A stretch of 64,000 nucleotides of DNA from the NCBI GenBank assembly GCA_003208875.1, contig QCUR01000002.1:210337-274336 (forward strand), read 5' to 3'. The stretch's first letter is position 1; each line of letters starts with the position of its first letter. The notes beneath the pieces are model-generated. The model did not search any database and was not told the origin of the DNA. It saw only the letters and a program-made list of their open reading frames with translations. Below are positions 52,880 through 63,652 of the stretch, in pieces. This stretch comes from Prochlorococcus sp. AG-679-M23. Its GTDB lineage: Bacteria > Cyanobacteriota > Cyanobacteriia > PCC-6307 > Cyanobiaceae. Both the position numbers and the translations under genes were made by a program.

Positions 52880-53542
52880 TTATTTTTTTTGATTTAATAA
52901 GGTGATCAATTTATTTTTAATATTGAGCTCTTCCCAAAGTATATCTAAATTATTAGAGTCTATTTTCTGGATATATGGAAATTCAGCAATAATAGGAAGA
53001 CTACTAAATTCAGTTAATGTTTTTGGATTATCTAAGTGTTTTTTCCCGTTTATAACTAGACCTAGAATTTTAATATTTCTTTTTCTTAATGCCTCAATAC
53101 TAAGAAGAGTGTGATTAAGAGTCCCAAGGCCGCTCTTGCATACAAGTATTACAGGGATATCCCATTTCTTGATTTGATCTATTTGCAAATAATTTCTTGT
53201 AATTGGGACCATTAAGCCCCCCGCTGTTTCTACAATTAATGATCCATCAATAGTTGGTAAATTTAATAGCTGAAAGTTTATAACTTTTTGATCTATTTCT
53301 GACGCCCAATGAGGAGAAACAGGTTCTCTAAAGATATAAGCCTCACTGATTATTTTCGCTTTGTTCACTTTTGCAAGTCGTGCAACAGCTTGACTATCAG
53401 TCTCAGACTCAATGCCACTTTGAATAGGCTTCCAGTAAAAAGAATTTAATCCTCTTACAAAAAAAGAACTAATTAATGTCTTTCCGATATCAGTATCTGT
53501 CCCACAAATAACAAATTGGGATTTATTCTTTATAGCGCTCAT
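52880..53542 (-). CDS. bioD: Dethiobiotin synthase
   Basis: GTDTDIGKT, WKPIQSG, VETAGG, LGTLNHT. Confidence 0.96.
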   Translation of the reverse strand: MSAIKNKSQFVICGTDTDIGKTLISSFFVRGLNSFYWKPIQSGIESETDSQAVARLAKVNKAKIISEAYIFREPVSPHWASEIDQKVINFQLLNLPTIDGSLIVETAGGLMVPITRNYLQIDQIKKWDIPVILVCKSGLGTLNHTLLSIEALRKRNIKILGLVINGKKHLDNPKTLTEFSSLPIIAEFPYIQKIDSNNLDILWEELNIKNKLITLLNQKK

Positions 53543-54297
53543 GATTTTTTTAATATTTCAATATTAATTTCCCATGTAAGGTTAACTGAATTAGTTGCCG
53601 TCTTAGGCCAAAACTTTTGTATTGCTTTTAATTCACATACTTTTTTACGTTTACACTTGGTTGATTGAGCTCCCACGTTTACTATGCTTCTGAAAAGTTT
53701 ATAAACATCTGGAAAGTTTTCTATATATAAGTATTTATTTGAGAAGAATATTTCGTCAGAGTTGAAACTTTTGACTATATTTTTTGAAACAGGGAAAGTT
53801 AGGCCACTATATTCAATATTAGTTTCTAAGCAAGTTTGCTTCCATTCCGGGAATGAATTTATTGTGGGATATGAAATTATTAAATAACCACCAGATCTTA
53901 ATTTGTTAAACCAATCTCTTATTATTTTTTCGGGATTGTCTAACCAGTGTATACAAAAGTTAGATGTCATTAGAGGACAGTTTCTAATTGATGGAGGTAA
54001 ACCATTATTTAAATCCCATAAAATCTTTTTACTAGAGCCCTTATTTTGAAGAAGCATTTTTTTGCTGAAATCAATTCGGCTAATATTTTTTGTAGAAAAT
54101 TCTTTTTCTATTTCATCAGCTAATAAGCCAGTTCCTGAACCAAGATCTATCCATTCACCTTTTTGAATATTTAGATCTTTTAAGAAATAAACAATTTTAT
54201 CAGCAAAATGCTTTTGAATATTTGAATAACTTAAATAATTTGCTGATGCATTATTAAAGTTATTTTTAATTGTTTCATTCCAGATTTCATTTTTCAT
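53539..54297 (-). CDS. bioC: Malonyl-ACP O-methyltransferase
   Basis: F..A...Y......Q, DLGSGTG, SNF..HW; position in the bio cluster. Confidence 0.82.
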   Translation of the reverse strand: MKNEIWNETIKNNFNNASANYLSYSNIQKHFADKIVYFLKDLNIQKGEWIDLGSGTGLLADEIEKEFSTKNISRIDFSKKMLLQNKGSSKKILWDLNNGLPPSIRNCPLMTSNFCIHWLDNPEKIIRDWFNKLRSGGYLIISYPTINSFPEWKQTCLETNIEYSGLTFPVSKNIVKSFNSDEIFFSNKYLYIENFPDVYKLFRSIVNVGAQSTKCKRKKVCELKAIQKFWPKTATNSVNLTWEINIEILKKS

Positions 54298-55003
54298 ATT
54301 TATTATCCAGAGTTCTTTTGATGATTTGGTAAAAATTTAAATTAGTTAGACAATGCCCTTGATTATCTAATTCAATTAAAGTTGGCTTTTTAGTAAATGT
54401 TTTTTTTAATAATTCAATAAAGTCATCACTTGAATTTTGGTCAAGAATTAAATCGTTTTTAGAATTTATAATGATGACATTGCAATTTTTCTCAATAGAC
54501 TTTAAAGAATTTTTATCTGCATAAAGTTTTTTAAGGTCACTTAATAGAAGATTATTATTTAAATTCTCTAAGTTTTTATAAAACATAGTTTGGAAATTAA
54601 TGCTCATATTATTGGGCAAAAAAGATCTATGTATAAATTCTTTTAACATAACCTCTGTTTCAAATAACATTATTTTTTTTTCCATTCTCTTAAGAGATCT
54701 GTAAATTAAATTTCTTTTTTTGCTTGAAGGAAGAAAGTTATTAAACGAATTTATAAAGACAATATGGGATGCTTCATCTAAAAGATTTTCTTGAATTAAA
54801 TGGAAACCTAAAGAATGACATAAAATCATCTTGATTTGATCGTTCAAATTGTTTTGTATCCATTTTGCTTGATTGACATTTTTTGAAAAATATCCTCTTT
54901 CATTATCTTGCCAATGCCATCCATTTCTTTGAAATTCAATTTTATAATTATCCCAGAAACTTTGATCTAACCCCCAACCATGCTGAGTAATAACTTGTTT
55001 CAT
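54287..55003 (-). CDS. Pimeloyl-ACP methyl ester esterase, alpha/beta hydrolase (BioK/BioH-like)
   Basis: HGWG oxyanion motif, CHSLG nucleophile elbow, late D and GH; located between bioF and bioC. Confidence 0.75.
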   Translation of the reverse strand: MKQVITQHGWGLDQSFWDNYKIEFQRNGWHWQDNERGYFSKNVNQAKWIQNNLNDQIKMILCHSLGFHLIQENLLDEASHIVFINSFNNFLPSSKKRNLIYRSLKRMEKKIMLFETEVMLKEFIHRSFLPNNMSINFQTMFYKNLENLNNNLLLSDLKKLYADKNSLKSIEKNCNVIIINSKNDLILDQNSSDDFIELLKKTFTKKPTLIELDNQGHCLTNLNFYQIIKRTLDNKYEK

Positions 55004-56145
55004 TTGAAGTTTTTTAAAACAGAAATAAAATTATTAAGTATGTCTAGATTTAAATCTCTTCTAATTGTTAGCCTTATTCTTGATTCGTTCACAGGGACAG
55101 TAGGTGGTCTAATAGCGACAGCTAAAAAACCGTTTTTTTCAAGATGTTTTTGTAGAAGGATTGCCTTTTCTTCTTGTCCGACGATTATAGATAAGATTTG
55201 AGATTCTCCCTTAACTGGGTAACTTAAATTTCGAAGAATTTCTTTTTTCCATTTTTTAGAAGAGATCAATAAATTAATACCCCATTCGTGATTGGCTTTG
55301 ATTTTTTGGAGCGATTTAAGTGCACCTGCAGATAAAGCTGGGGAAAGAGCAGTTGTATATCTAAAAGCCCCACTCGTTTGAATAAGGTATTCTCCAATTT
55401 TTGAGTTACAAGCTATAAAAGCCCCGCCGCTACCAAACGATTTACCAAAGGTTCCAGTAATCATAGTTATTGCATCAGATAAATCAAAACTTAAACCTTT
55501 CCCTTCAGTCCCTAAAATCCCAATAGCATGAGCTTCGTCGACTAATAATTCAACATTATACCTTTTACAAATTCCAGCAATTTCTTTGAGAGGAGCAATT
55601 GAACCTTCCATACTGTAAAGGGATTCAACAATTATAAGAATGGACTTTTGCGATGAATTGAATTTAAGAATTTTATTTTCTAAGTCTTTTAAATCATTAT
55701 GTGCGAATCTTACTAGTTTTGATCCGGCAGCTTTTACTCCAACTAATAAAGAATTATGAATAAATTTATCTGCAATTACAATACTATTTCTGTTAGCTAA
55801 ACCTTGTACGGCAGCAATATTAGCTTGGAAACCACTAGGAAATAAAAGCACTTTTTCCTGGTTAAGCCATTCTGCAAGTTGTGTCTCTAATAATTTATGT
55901 ATTGGTCTTGAGCCCGTTATGAATCTCGAACTGCCTGAACCAAGACCTTCAGATAAGCTTATTTCATAAGAGGCTTTTATTACATCATTATCTCTACTTA
56001 ATCCAAAATAATCATTACTACATAAGTCAATAAAGTTATTTTTAACTTTCTTTGGATTTACACCTTGAAGTTCATATGGCTTTCGACCTAATGTGAATGT
56101 TTTTAATTTACGAAGTCTATTTTTTGGGATTTTTACTCTATTCAT
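55000..56145 (-). CDS. bioF: 8-amino-7-oxononanoate synthase
   Basis: SNDYFGL, GSGSSR, SGFQAN, ESLYSMEG, DEAHA, TFGKSFG. Confidence 0.96.
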   Translation of the reverse strand: MNRVKIPKNRLRKLKTFTLGRKPYELQGVNPKKVKNNFIDLCSNDYFGLSRDNDVIKASYEISLSEGLGSGSSRFITGSRPIHKLLETQLAEWLNQEKVLLFPSGFQANIAAVQGLANRNSIVIADKFIHNSLLVGVKAAGSKLVRFAHNDLKDLENKILKFNSSQKSILIIVESLYSMEGSIAPLKEIAGICKRYNVELLVDEAHAIGILGTEGKGLSFDLSDAITMITGTFGKSFGSGGAFIACNSKIGEYLIQTSGAFRYTTALSPALSAGALKSLQKIKANHEWGINLLISSKKWKKEILRNLSYPVKGESQILSIIVGQEEKAILLQKHLEKNGFLAVAIRPPTVPVNESRIRLTIRRDLNLDILNNFISVLKNFK

Positions 56146-56284
56146 TTGTAAGTAATTTCAACTAAATATTTTTAATAAAATGATCTAGATTTACTATTAA
56201 AGTGTGCAAGGTGGCTATTGTTTATTAATATCTATATAGATCATATCTTAAGAAGTTAACTCCTCCCCTCTTCAATCACAATTA

Positions 56285-59011
56285 TTGCTTAATTTAGAGG
56301 AATATTTCCCATTCCCACTAGATCCCTTTCAAATAGAGGCAATAAAAGCTATTAATAGTGGAAATTCTGTTGTTTTAACTGCTCCAACTGGCTCAGGTAA
56401 AACATTAATCGGTGAATTTGCTATTTATAGAGGCTTATCCCATGAAAGTAGAGTTTTTTATACAACCCCTTTAAAAGCTTTATCAAATCAAAAGTTTAGA
56501 GATTTTATTAGTCAATTTGGAGAGAAGAATGTAGGTCTCTTAACTGGAGATATTAGTATCAATAGAGATGCTCCAATCTTAGTAATGACTACTGAGATTT
56601 TTAGGAATATGCTCTATGGAGAGTTTGAAGAATTTGATGACCCATTGGTAAATCTGGAATCTGTAATTCTTGATGAATGTCATTATATGAACGATCCTCA
56701 AAGGGGGACAGTTTGGGAAGAAACAATAATTCATTGTCCAAGTAGAGCACAGATAATAGCTTTATCAGCAACCATCTCTAATGCAGACCAACTTCAAAAT
56801 TGGATAGAAAAAGTTCATGGTCCTACAGAACTTGTTAACAGTAATAAAAGACCAGTCCCATTAGATTTTATTTTCTGTAGTGCCAAGGGACTTCATCCTC
56901 TTTTGAATAATAAGGGTAATGGGATTCATCCAAATTGTAAGATTTGGAGAGCACCAAAAGGGCAAAAAAAGAAAGTTAAAGTAGGAAGAATAATGCAACC
57001 AAAGGCTCCTCCGATTGCCTTTGTAGTCTCTAAACTTGCAGAGAGAAATATGTTACCAGCTATCTATTTTATTTTTAGTAGAAGAGGTTGCGACAAGGCT
57101 GTTGAGTATATAAAAGATTTATCTTTAGTAAGTTATTCAGAAGCAAATTTGATATCTCAAAGATTAGATGTTTATCTAAAAAATAATGAAGCGGGTATAA
57201 AAGATAAATTTCATTGTGAAGCTCTTAAACGAGGTATAGCTTCACACCATGCTGGTTTGCTTCCAGCATGGAAAGAGTTAGTAGAGGAACTATTTCAGCA
57301 AGGATTGATAAAAGTTGTTTTTGCAACTGAAACTTTAGCTGCGGGTATTAATATGCCTGCAAGAACAACAGTAATTTCAACATTATCAAAAAGGACTGAT
57401 GAAGGACATAGATTATTATTTAGTAGTGAATTCTTGCAGATGTCAGGCAGAGCTGGAAGAAGAGGAAAGGATTTGCAGGGATATGTTGTAACCTTACAAA
57501 CTAGATTTGAGGGAGCAAAAGAAGCTAGTACCTTGGCTATTAGTGAACCAAATCCACTAGTTAGTCAGTTCACACCAAGCTATGGAATGGTTCTTAATCT
57601 TTTGCAAAATTATAGTTTAGATAAATCTCGAGAGTTAATAAAAAGAAGTTTTGGGAGCTTTTTATATTTAGGGGAATCTTCAGAAGAGACTGCTATTCTT
57701 GATAATTTAGAAAGAGATTTAAAAGAACTAAAAAAAATAACTGCCAATATTTCATGGCAAGATTTCGATTCATACGAAAAGTTGAAAAGTCGTTTAAAAG
57801 AAGAAAGAAGATTGTTGAGGATATTAGAAAAACAAGCAGCTGAAAAATTATCAGAAGAAATTACTAGTGCACTTACCTTTATTAAAGATGGAAGTTTAAT
57901 TTCCATAAAAGCCCCTCAAATAAATAGAAAAGTTGTTCCAGCTTTAATTTGTAAAAAAATATATGAATCAAAAAAAATTAAAAGTTTGCTTTGTTTAACA
58001 ATTGATAATTTATTTATCCTTATAAAACCTTCTTACATAGTCAATATTTTTCCTGATTTAGAAGAAATTGAAATTTTGAGGCTTGAAGAACCCAAGATGA
58101 ATTTCTCAGGAGAAGTTGTAAGAGGTGATAATGAATCACAAACTTTTGTAGATAGAATTTTTGATATTTCTGAAAAATATGATTTAAGAACTCCTCAATA
58201 TGACCTATCAACTGAAGTTTTGGCACAAAAGAAACTAATTACTAATTTGGAAGAAACAATTACTAATCAGCCTGCGCATAAATTTGGTGACTCTAAAAAA
58301 TTAAAAAGATATAGAAAAAGGATTATCGAGATTGAGCAAGAAATAGTTATGAAAAATAATCTTATGGAAGAAAAAGAAAATCATAACTGGTTAAAATTTA
58401 CTGATTTAATAAAAATTTTGAATCATTTTGGCTGTTTAAATGATTTAGAGCTTACCGAAGTAGGGCAATCAGTTGGTGCAATAAGAAGTGAAAATGAATT
58501 ATGGGTTGGACTTGTTTTACTTAGTGGATACTTGGATGATTTGGCCCCTCCTGATTTAGCCGCAATCATTCAAGCAATTTGTGTGGATGTAAGAAGACCC
58601 AATCTTTGGTGTAATTTTAAGCCTTCCATAAAAGTTATAGATGTTTTTAATGAGTTAGAGAGCCTAAGAAAATTAGTAGCCTCGAAACAAAATAAGTTTA
58701 ATATTAACACTCCAATTTTTTTAGAAATGGAGTTGACTGGGATAATTTCAGAATGGGCGAGAGGTAAAAAATGGAAAGAACTAATTTTTAATACTTCTCT
58801 AGATGAGGGGGATGTTGTAAGGATCTTAAGAAGGTCTATGGATGTTTTATCACAAATTCAATATTGCGTAGGAGTAAGTAATAAATTAAAAAATAAAGCA
58901 AAGTTAGCCTTAAAAGCTATAAATAGATTTCCTGTTTCTGAATCGAATGATTTGTTAAAAGTCTCTGATAATATTAATCCAGCAACGAAAAGAATCGATA
59001 ATAATTCCTAA
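56285..59011 (+). CDS. Ski2-like DExH RNA helicase (HelY family)
   Basis: APTGSGKT, DECH, SAT, QMSGRAGRRG, C-terminal DSHCT (LDEGD.VR). Confidence 0.92.
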   Translation: MLNLEEYFPFPLDPFQIEAIKAINSGNSVVLTAPTGSGKTLIGEFAIYRGLSHESRVFYTTPLKALSNQKFRDFISQFGEKNVGLLTGDISINRDAPILVMTTEIFRNMLYGEFEEFDDPLVNLESVILDECHYMNDPQRGTVWEETIIHCPSRAQIIALSATISNADQLQNWIEKVHGPTELVNSNKRPVPLDFIFCSAKGLHPLLNNKGNGIHPNCKIWRAPKGQKKKVKVGRIMQPKAPPIAFVVSKLAERNMLPAIYFIFSRRGCDKAVEYIKDLSLVSYSEANLISQRLDVYLKNNEAGIKDKFHCEALKRGIASHHAGLLPAWKELVEELFQQGLIKVVFATETLAAGINMPARTTVISTLSKRTDEGHRLLFSSEFLQMSGRAGRRGKDLQGYVVTLQTRFEGAKEASTLAISEPNPLVSQFTPSYGMVLNLLQNYSLDKSRELIKRSFGSFLYLGESSEETAILDNLERDLKELKKITANISWQDFDSYEKLKSRLKEERRLLRILEKQAAEKLSEEITSALTFIKDGSLISIKAPQINRKVVPALICKKIYESKKIKSLLCLTIDNLFILIKPSYIVNIFPDLEEIEILRLEEPKMNFSGEVVRGDNESQTFVDRIFDISEKYDLRTPQYDLSTEVLAQKKLITNLEETITNQPAHKFGDSKKLKRYRKRIIEIEQEIVMKNNLMEEKENHNWLKFTDLIKILNHFGCLNDLELTEVGQSVGAIRSENELWVGLVLLSGYLDDLAPPDLAAIIQAICVDVRRPNLWCNFKPSIKVIDVFNELESLRKLVASKQNKFNINTPIFLEMELTGIISEWARGKKWKELIFNTSLDEGDVVRILRRSMDVLSQIQYCVGVSNKLKNKAKLALKAINRFPVSESNDLLKVSDNINPATKRIDNNS

Positions 59012-59022
59012 AAGTAGTTCAA

Positions 59023-60408
59023 TTAAATCATTTTATTAGTATTTATAGCATCCTCAAAATCATTAGCCGTTAAATAACCTAATTTTATTGTTGCTTCTTT
59101 TAAGTTGATTGATTCATTAAAAGCCAGATTCGCAATTTCTGCTGCTTTTTCATAACCTATTTTGGGAACCAATGCGGTTACAAGCATTAGTGAATTTTCA
59201 AGATTAGCTTTTATAGTTTTTGGGTTTGGTTCTATCCCTTCAACTAATTTTAGTCTGAAGTTACTTATCGCATGATTCAGTAATTTTATACTCGTGAGAA
59301 TATTAAATCCAATTAGTGGCTTATACTCATTCATTTGTAAAGTGCCGCTGGCATTAGCTATTGATACTGCGTATTCAAAACCCATTACTTGAGTGCATAC
59401 CATCGATAATGCTTCACATTGGGTTGGATTAACTTTTCCAGGCATGATTGAGCTTCCCGGTTCATTTTGGGGAATTATTAATTCATAAATGCCAGATCTA
59501 GGTCCTGAGGACAATATTTTAATATCATTAGAAATCTTGAATAATGCACTTGCTAGGATTTTTATTTGACCCATTACTTGGGCTAATCGATCATGAGATG
59601 CCATTAAAGAGAAATGATTCTTTGATTTATAAAAAAATAAACCAGTATATTCTGAAATTGATTTTATAGATTCTTTTGAGAAATCTTTTGGACAATTAAT
59701 ACCTGTACCAACGGCCGTACCACCTAGTGGTAAGAAACATAATTCATCAAGACTAATTATCAAAGCATCTTCAGCGTCCTTTAGTTGTTTTGACCATGCA
59801 GAAACTTCTTGACCAAGAGAAATTGGCACTGCATCTTGAAAATGAGTTCTACCTATTTTTATAAGATCTTTCCATTTATTACTCTTACTATCAAGAACCT
59901 TAGTAAGTTCCTTTATTGATGGAACTAATTTTTTAATTATTTGAGTAACAACAGATATCTGAATAGCCGCAGGAAAAGTATCATTTGTAGACTGCGATTT
60001 ATTAACATCATCATTTGGATGAATAGGATGATGACTTCCAAGTCCTGAATTTGTTTTTAATGCAGCAATATTAGATATGACTTCATTGATATTCATATTT
60101 GTTTGTGTACCACTACCTGTTTGCCATATTTTTAAAGGGAATTGAGAATCGTGTTTCCCATCAAGTATTTCTTTACAGGCTTCAATAATGAGATCTTTTT
60201 TTACATTATTTATTAAACCCAATTTGAAATTAGAAATTGCAGCTGCTCTTTTTACAACCGTAAGTGAATAAATTAATTCAATTGGGATTAACTCCTCACC
60301 AGTAGAAAAATTTATAATTGATCTCTGCGTTTGGGCTCCCCACAAAGCCTCTGAAGGAACTTTAATCTGTCCCATACTATCTTTTTCAAATCTAAAGTTC
60401 TTGGTCAT
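59023..60408 (-). CDS. fumC: Class II fumarate hydratase
   Basis: WQTGSGTQTNMN, HPNDDVN, GSSIMPGKVNP; ATG at 60408 (track starts at TTG 60411). Confidence 0.97.
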   Translation of the reverse strand: MTKNFRFEKDSMGQIKVPSEALWGAQTQRSIINFSTGEELIPIELIYSLTVVKRAAAISNFKLGLINNVKKDLIIEACKEILDGKHDSQFPLKIWQTGSGTQTNMNINEVISNIAALKTNSGLGSHHPIHPNDDVNKSQSTNDTFPAAIQISVVTQIIKKLVPSIKELTKVLDSKSNKWKDLIKIGRTHFQDAVPISLGQEVSAWSKQLKDAEDALIISLDELCFLPLGGTAVGTGINCPKDFSKESIKSISEYTGLFFYKSKNHFSLMASHDRLAQVMGQIKILASALFKISNDIKILSSGPRSGIYELIIPQNEPGSSIMPGKVNPTQCEALSMVCTQVMGFEYAVSIANASGTLQMNEYKPLIGFNILTSIKLLNHAISNFRLKLVEGIEPNPKTIKANLENSLMLVTALVPKIGYEKAAEIANLAFNESINLKEATIKLGYLTANDFEDAINTNKMI

Positions 60409-60449
60409 CAAAAAAAAATGTGGTTAAACTTCAAATAATATTTAGGGAT

Positions 60450-61745
60450 TTAAATACTTAACTTATCCCATATTACATTTAAATTGTTGAGGTGTATTGA
60501 GGGGTCAAAGCATACCTTTAAATCATTCTCAGAAACTAATGTCATTATCTCTTGTTCCCCCTCAATATTTTCCTTGAAATTACCATTCTCATTATTCCAA
60601 GCTTGATGAGCACTTTTTTGTACTAAGCTATAAGCCTTTTCCCTAGACATACCCTTTTCAACAAGTAAAAGTAAAACTTTCTGACTGAAAATTACTCCCC
60701 CATATATATTTAAATTTTTGAGCATATTGTCCGGATAAATTTTTAAATTATTTATAATTTCTTTCATTTCTCTAAGCATAAAATGTAGGCATATAGATAC
60801 ATCGGGTAACATGATACGCTCATTAGAACTATGGCTAATATCTCTCTCGTGCCAAAGCGGAACATTCTCAAGAGCTGTTACGACATAACTCCTCAAAATT
60901 CTAGATAAACCACTAACCCTTTCACTACGAATAGGGTTTCTTTTATGAGGCATAGCTGAGCTTCCTTTTTGCCCTTTTGAAAATCCTTCTTCGACTTCTA
61001 AAACATCTGTTCTCTGAAGGTTTCTTATCTCAGTAGCAAACCTATCAAGTGAAGCTCCAATCAACGCTATTGTTTGAACATATTCAGCATGTCTATCTCT
61101 TGATATAACCTGAGTACTTGCTGTATCTGGTTTTAAACCCAGCAACTCGCAAGTAATTTTTTCTATTTCTGGGTTTGTATTAGCGTAAGTTCCCATTGCT
61201 CCACTTATTTGTCCAATGGAAATAGATTCTTTAAGGATTAATAATCTTTTTTTATCTCTTAATATTTCTGCTAACCATCCTGCCAATTTAAATCCAAACG
61301 AAATAGGCTCTCCGTGAATTGCATGGGATCTGCCAATCATTAAAGTATTTTTATGCTGTCTTGCTAATGATCTGACCTCATTTTCTAGGTTTTCAATTTC
61401 CTCTAATAACAATTCGCAGGAATCTTTTAGCTGTAATGATAGGCCTGTATCAAGGACATCACTGCTAGTCATTCCAACATGAATATATCTTCCGGAATCT
61501 CCAACATGTTCATTGATATTTGTTAGAAATGCAATTACATCATGTTTTACTTCTTTCTCGATTTCTTTAATTCTTGATTCTTCAAATTTTGCATTTAAAC
61601 GAATTTCTTTTAACGCAGCTTCAGGCATTTTTCCAAGAGAACAATTTGCCTCGCATGCTGCAATTTCAACTTTAAGCCAACTCTGGAATTTTGCATTTTC
61701 AGTCCAGATTCTTCCCATTTCGGGTAATGTGTAACGTTCAATCAC
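60450..61745 (-). CDS. purB: Adenylosuccinate lyase
   Basis: IERYT, HDVIAF, TSSD, GRSHAIH, GSSAMPHKRNP. Confidence 0.98.
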   Translation of the reverse strand: MIERYTLPEMGRIWTENAKFQSWLKVEIAACEANCSLGKMPEAALKEIRLNAKFEESRIKEIEKEVKHDVIAFLTNINEHVGDSGRYIHVGMTSSDVLDTGLSLQLKDSCELLLEEIENLENEVRSLARQHKNTLMIGRSHAIHGEPISFGFKLAGWLAEILRDKKRLLILKESISIGQISGAMGTYANTNPEIEKITCELLGLKPDTASTQVISRDRHAEYVQTIALIGASLDRFATEIRNLQRTDVLEVEEGFSKGQKGSSAMPHKRNPIRSERVSGLSRILRSYVVTALENVPLWHERDISHSSNERIMLPDVSICLHFMLREMKEIINNLKIYPDNMLKNLNIYGGVIFSQKVLLLLVEKGMSREKAYSLVQKSAHQAWNNENGNFKENIEGEQEIMTLVSENDLKVCFDPSIHLNNLNVIWDKLSI

Positions 61746-62038
61746 AATTTTTAAACATCTTCAATTTAAACTTTATAACTAAAATCTCATAATTGCTCTA
61801 TACGTAAAAGTTCTACTTGCCATTGAACATATTTGTATAAGTATTATTGTTATAAATAAGAGCTTTTGGATTTGTAAATATCAATTCATTTTGAAAAATG
61901 TCTAAATCTTGCGATTGGATTATCTTTATAAATAGTAGGTATTTTGTTTTTAATAAAATTTTAAATTAGTATTATGCTTCAAAAATATAATTTGAAAATA
62001 GCCAGTAATTATTTTTTAAAGTTACCTTTTTAGAATAA

Positions 62039-62851
62039 ATGATTAAAAAAAGTAGGCTAGATCTTTATCTTATTTACAAAGGTTTATGCGAGACTCGTCA
62101 GAAAGCACAGGGGCTAATTCTTGCAGGAAAGGTTAAAGATATAAATGGTAAGATTTTTGATAAACCTGGTCAACAAGTTTTAATAGGAACTGAATTTATT
62201 ATTGAATCTGAACCTCAATTTGTATCGAGAGGAGGAGAAAAATTACTGGAGGCTTTTAAAAAATTAAAGATTAATGTTAAAGATAGAGTTTGTATAGATG
62301 CAGGAATTTCTACTGGAGGATTTACTGATTGCTTGTTGCAACAAGGGGCGAAAATGGTTTATGGGATAGATGTAGGTTATGGTCAAACGGCTTGGAAAAT
62401 AAGGAAAAATCCAAAAGTGAAACTCTTTGAAAGATCAAATATTAGAAATTTAAAGCCTTTAGATATCTATTCTCAAGAAAGTTTATTACCAAATTTTGTT
62501 GTAGCGGATTTATCTTTTATTTCACTAAAGTTAGTTTTACAACCTATTAATAATTTATTATCAGGAGATTTTATAGAGGGAATATTTCTTATTAAACCTC
62601 AATTTGAAGTAGGAAAAGATCGAGTAAGTAAAGGGGGCGTTGTAAGAAAAGCTGAATATCAAATTGAGGCTATTGAGTCAGTTATTAATGCAGCAAATCA
62701 ATTGCAATGGAATATTCAAGGTCTTGTAGCTTCGCCTTTAGTTGGGCCTGCAGGAAATCATGAATATCTAGCTTGGATGTCTAAGTTTGGGATTTCTAAT
62801 CCAATAATAAATACTAAATTTATAGAAAATTTAGTAAAAGAAACTCTTTAA
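62039..62851 (+). CDS. tlyA: TlyA-family rRNA 2'-O-methyltransferase
   Basis: S4 domain, VSRGGEKL, DAGISTGGFT, DLSFISL, KPQFE, GN.EYL. Confidence 0.95.
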   Translation: MIKKSRLDLYLIYKGLCETRQKAQGLILAGKVKDINGKIFDKPGQQVLIGTEFIIESEPQFVSRGGEKLLEAFKKLKINVKDRVCIDAGISTGGFTDCLLQQGAKMVYGIDVGYGQTAWKIRKNPKVKLFERSNIRNLKPLDIYSQESLLPNFVVADLSFISLKLVLQPINNLLSGDFIEGIFLIKPQFEVGKDRVSKGGVVRKAEYQIEAIESVINAANQLQWNIQGLVASPLVGPAGNHEYLAWMSKFGISNPIINTKFIENLVKETL

Positions 62852-63208
<357 letters not shown>

Positions 63209-63215
63209 TTATATT

Positions 63216-63461
63216 TTAATTCTTTTTCTGCAAAACATCTAGCATTGAGATTCCAGAAAATGATTTAATATTTAGACCTGCGCTAGTTGCATCCTTAACT
63301 AGTAACTTAGAGTTTTCTTTTGAAATTATTACTTGATTATTTGATAACGCCTTCCATTGATTATCTTCAAAATGCGTTTGGAGCCATAACATTCCAATAA
63401 CACTAGTGGGTATAAGAGATTTATTTAAATTGTTGTCTATGTCAACCAAACAGATATCCAT
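63216..63461 (-). CDS. Conserved-looking hypothetical protein (81 aa) upstream of glnB
   Basis: Track ORF with PTSV.GMLWLQTHFE core; 25 bp from glnB on the same strand. Confidence 0.75.
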   Translation of the reverse strand: MDICLVDIDNNLNKSLIPTSVIGMLWLQTHFEDNQWKALSNNQVIISKENSKLLVKDATSAGLNIKSFSGISMLDVLQKKN

Positions 63462-63510
63462 AAGTTTTTAGAAACTAAATACATATAAACCTTTTTAATG
63501 ACCTTAGGAT

Positions 63511-63526
63511 TGTTATCGATGATACA
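63511..63526. promoter_or_regulatory. Candidate NtcA binding site (TGTA-N8-AACA on the minus strand)
   Basis: TGTTATCGATGATACA = TGT-N10-ACA, 50 bp upstream of the hypothetical-glnB pair. Confidence 0.55.
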
Positions 63527-63652
63527 AAACAAAATTTTATATCCCTTGACTTATTGATTTGTAATACTTGAGTATATTTTTAATTTTTCGAGAATTATTA
63601 GCTTTTTTTATGGTTTTTTATATAGTTTTAATAAAGGTGATTTTGAAAAAAA

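Noticed and set aside
56180-56267. ATGATCTA/TAGATCAT inverted repeat and a GAGGGGAGGAG SD-like run on the minus strand
   Set aside because: The 8-bp stem has a 49-nt loop, and the downstream ORF is only 9 codons with poor spacing.
61746-62038. 293-bp purB-tlyA spacer as a possible ncRNA or small gene
   Set aside because: Only short ORFs of 14 codons or fewer from ATG on the minus strand, and no convincing stem; it fits a divergent promoter region.
63527-63652. Possible preQ1 riboswitch upstream of queF
   Set aside because: No preQ1-I stem and A-rich tail consensus is visible.
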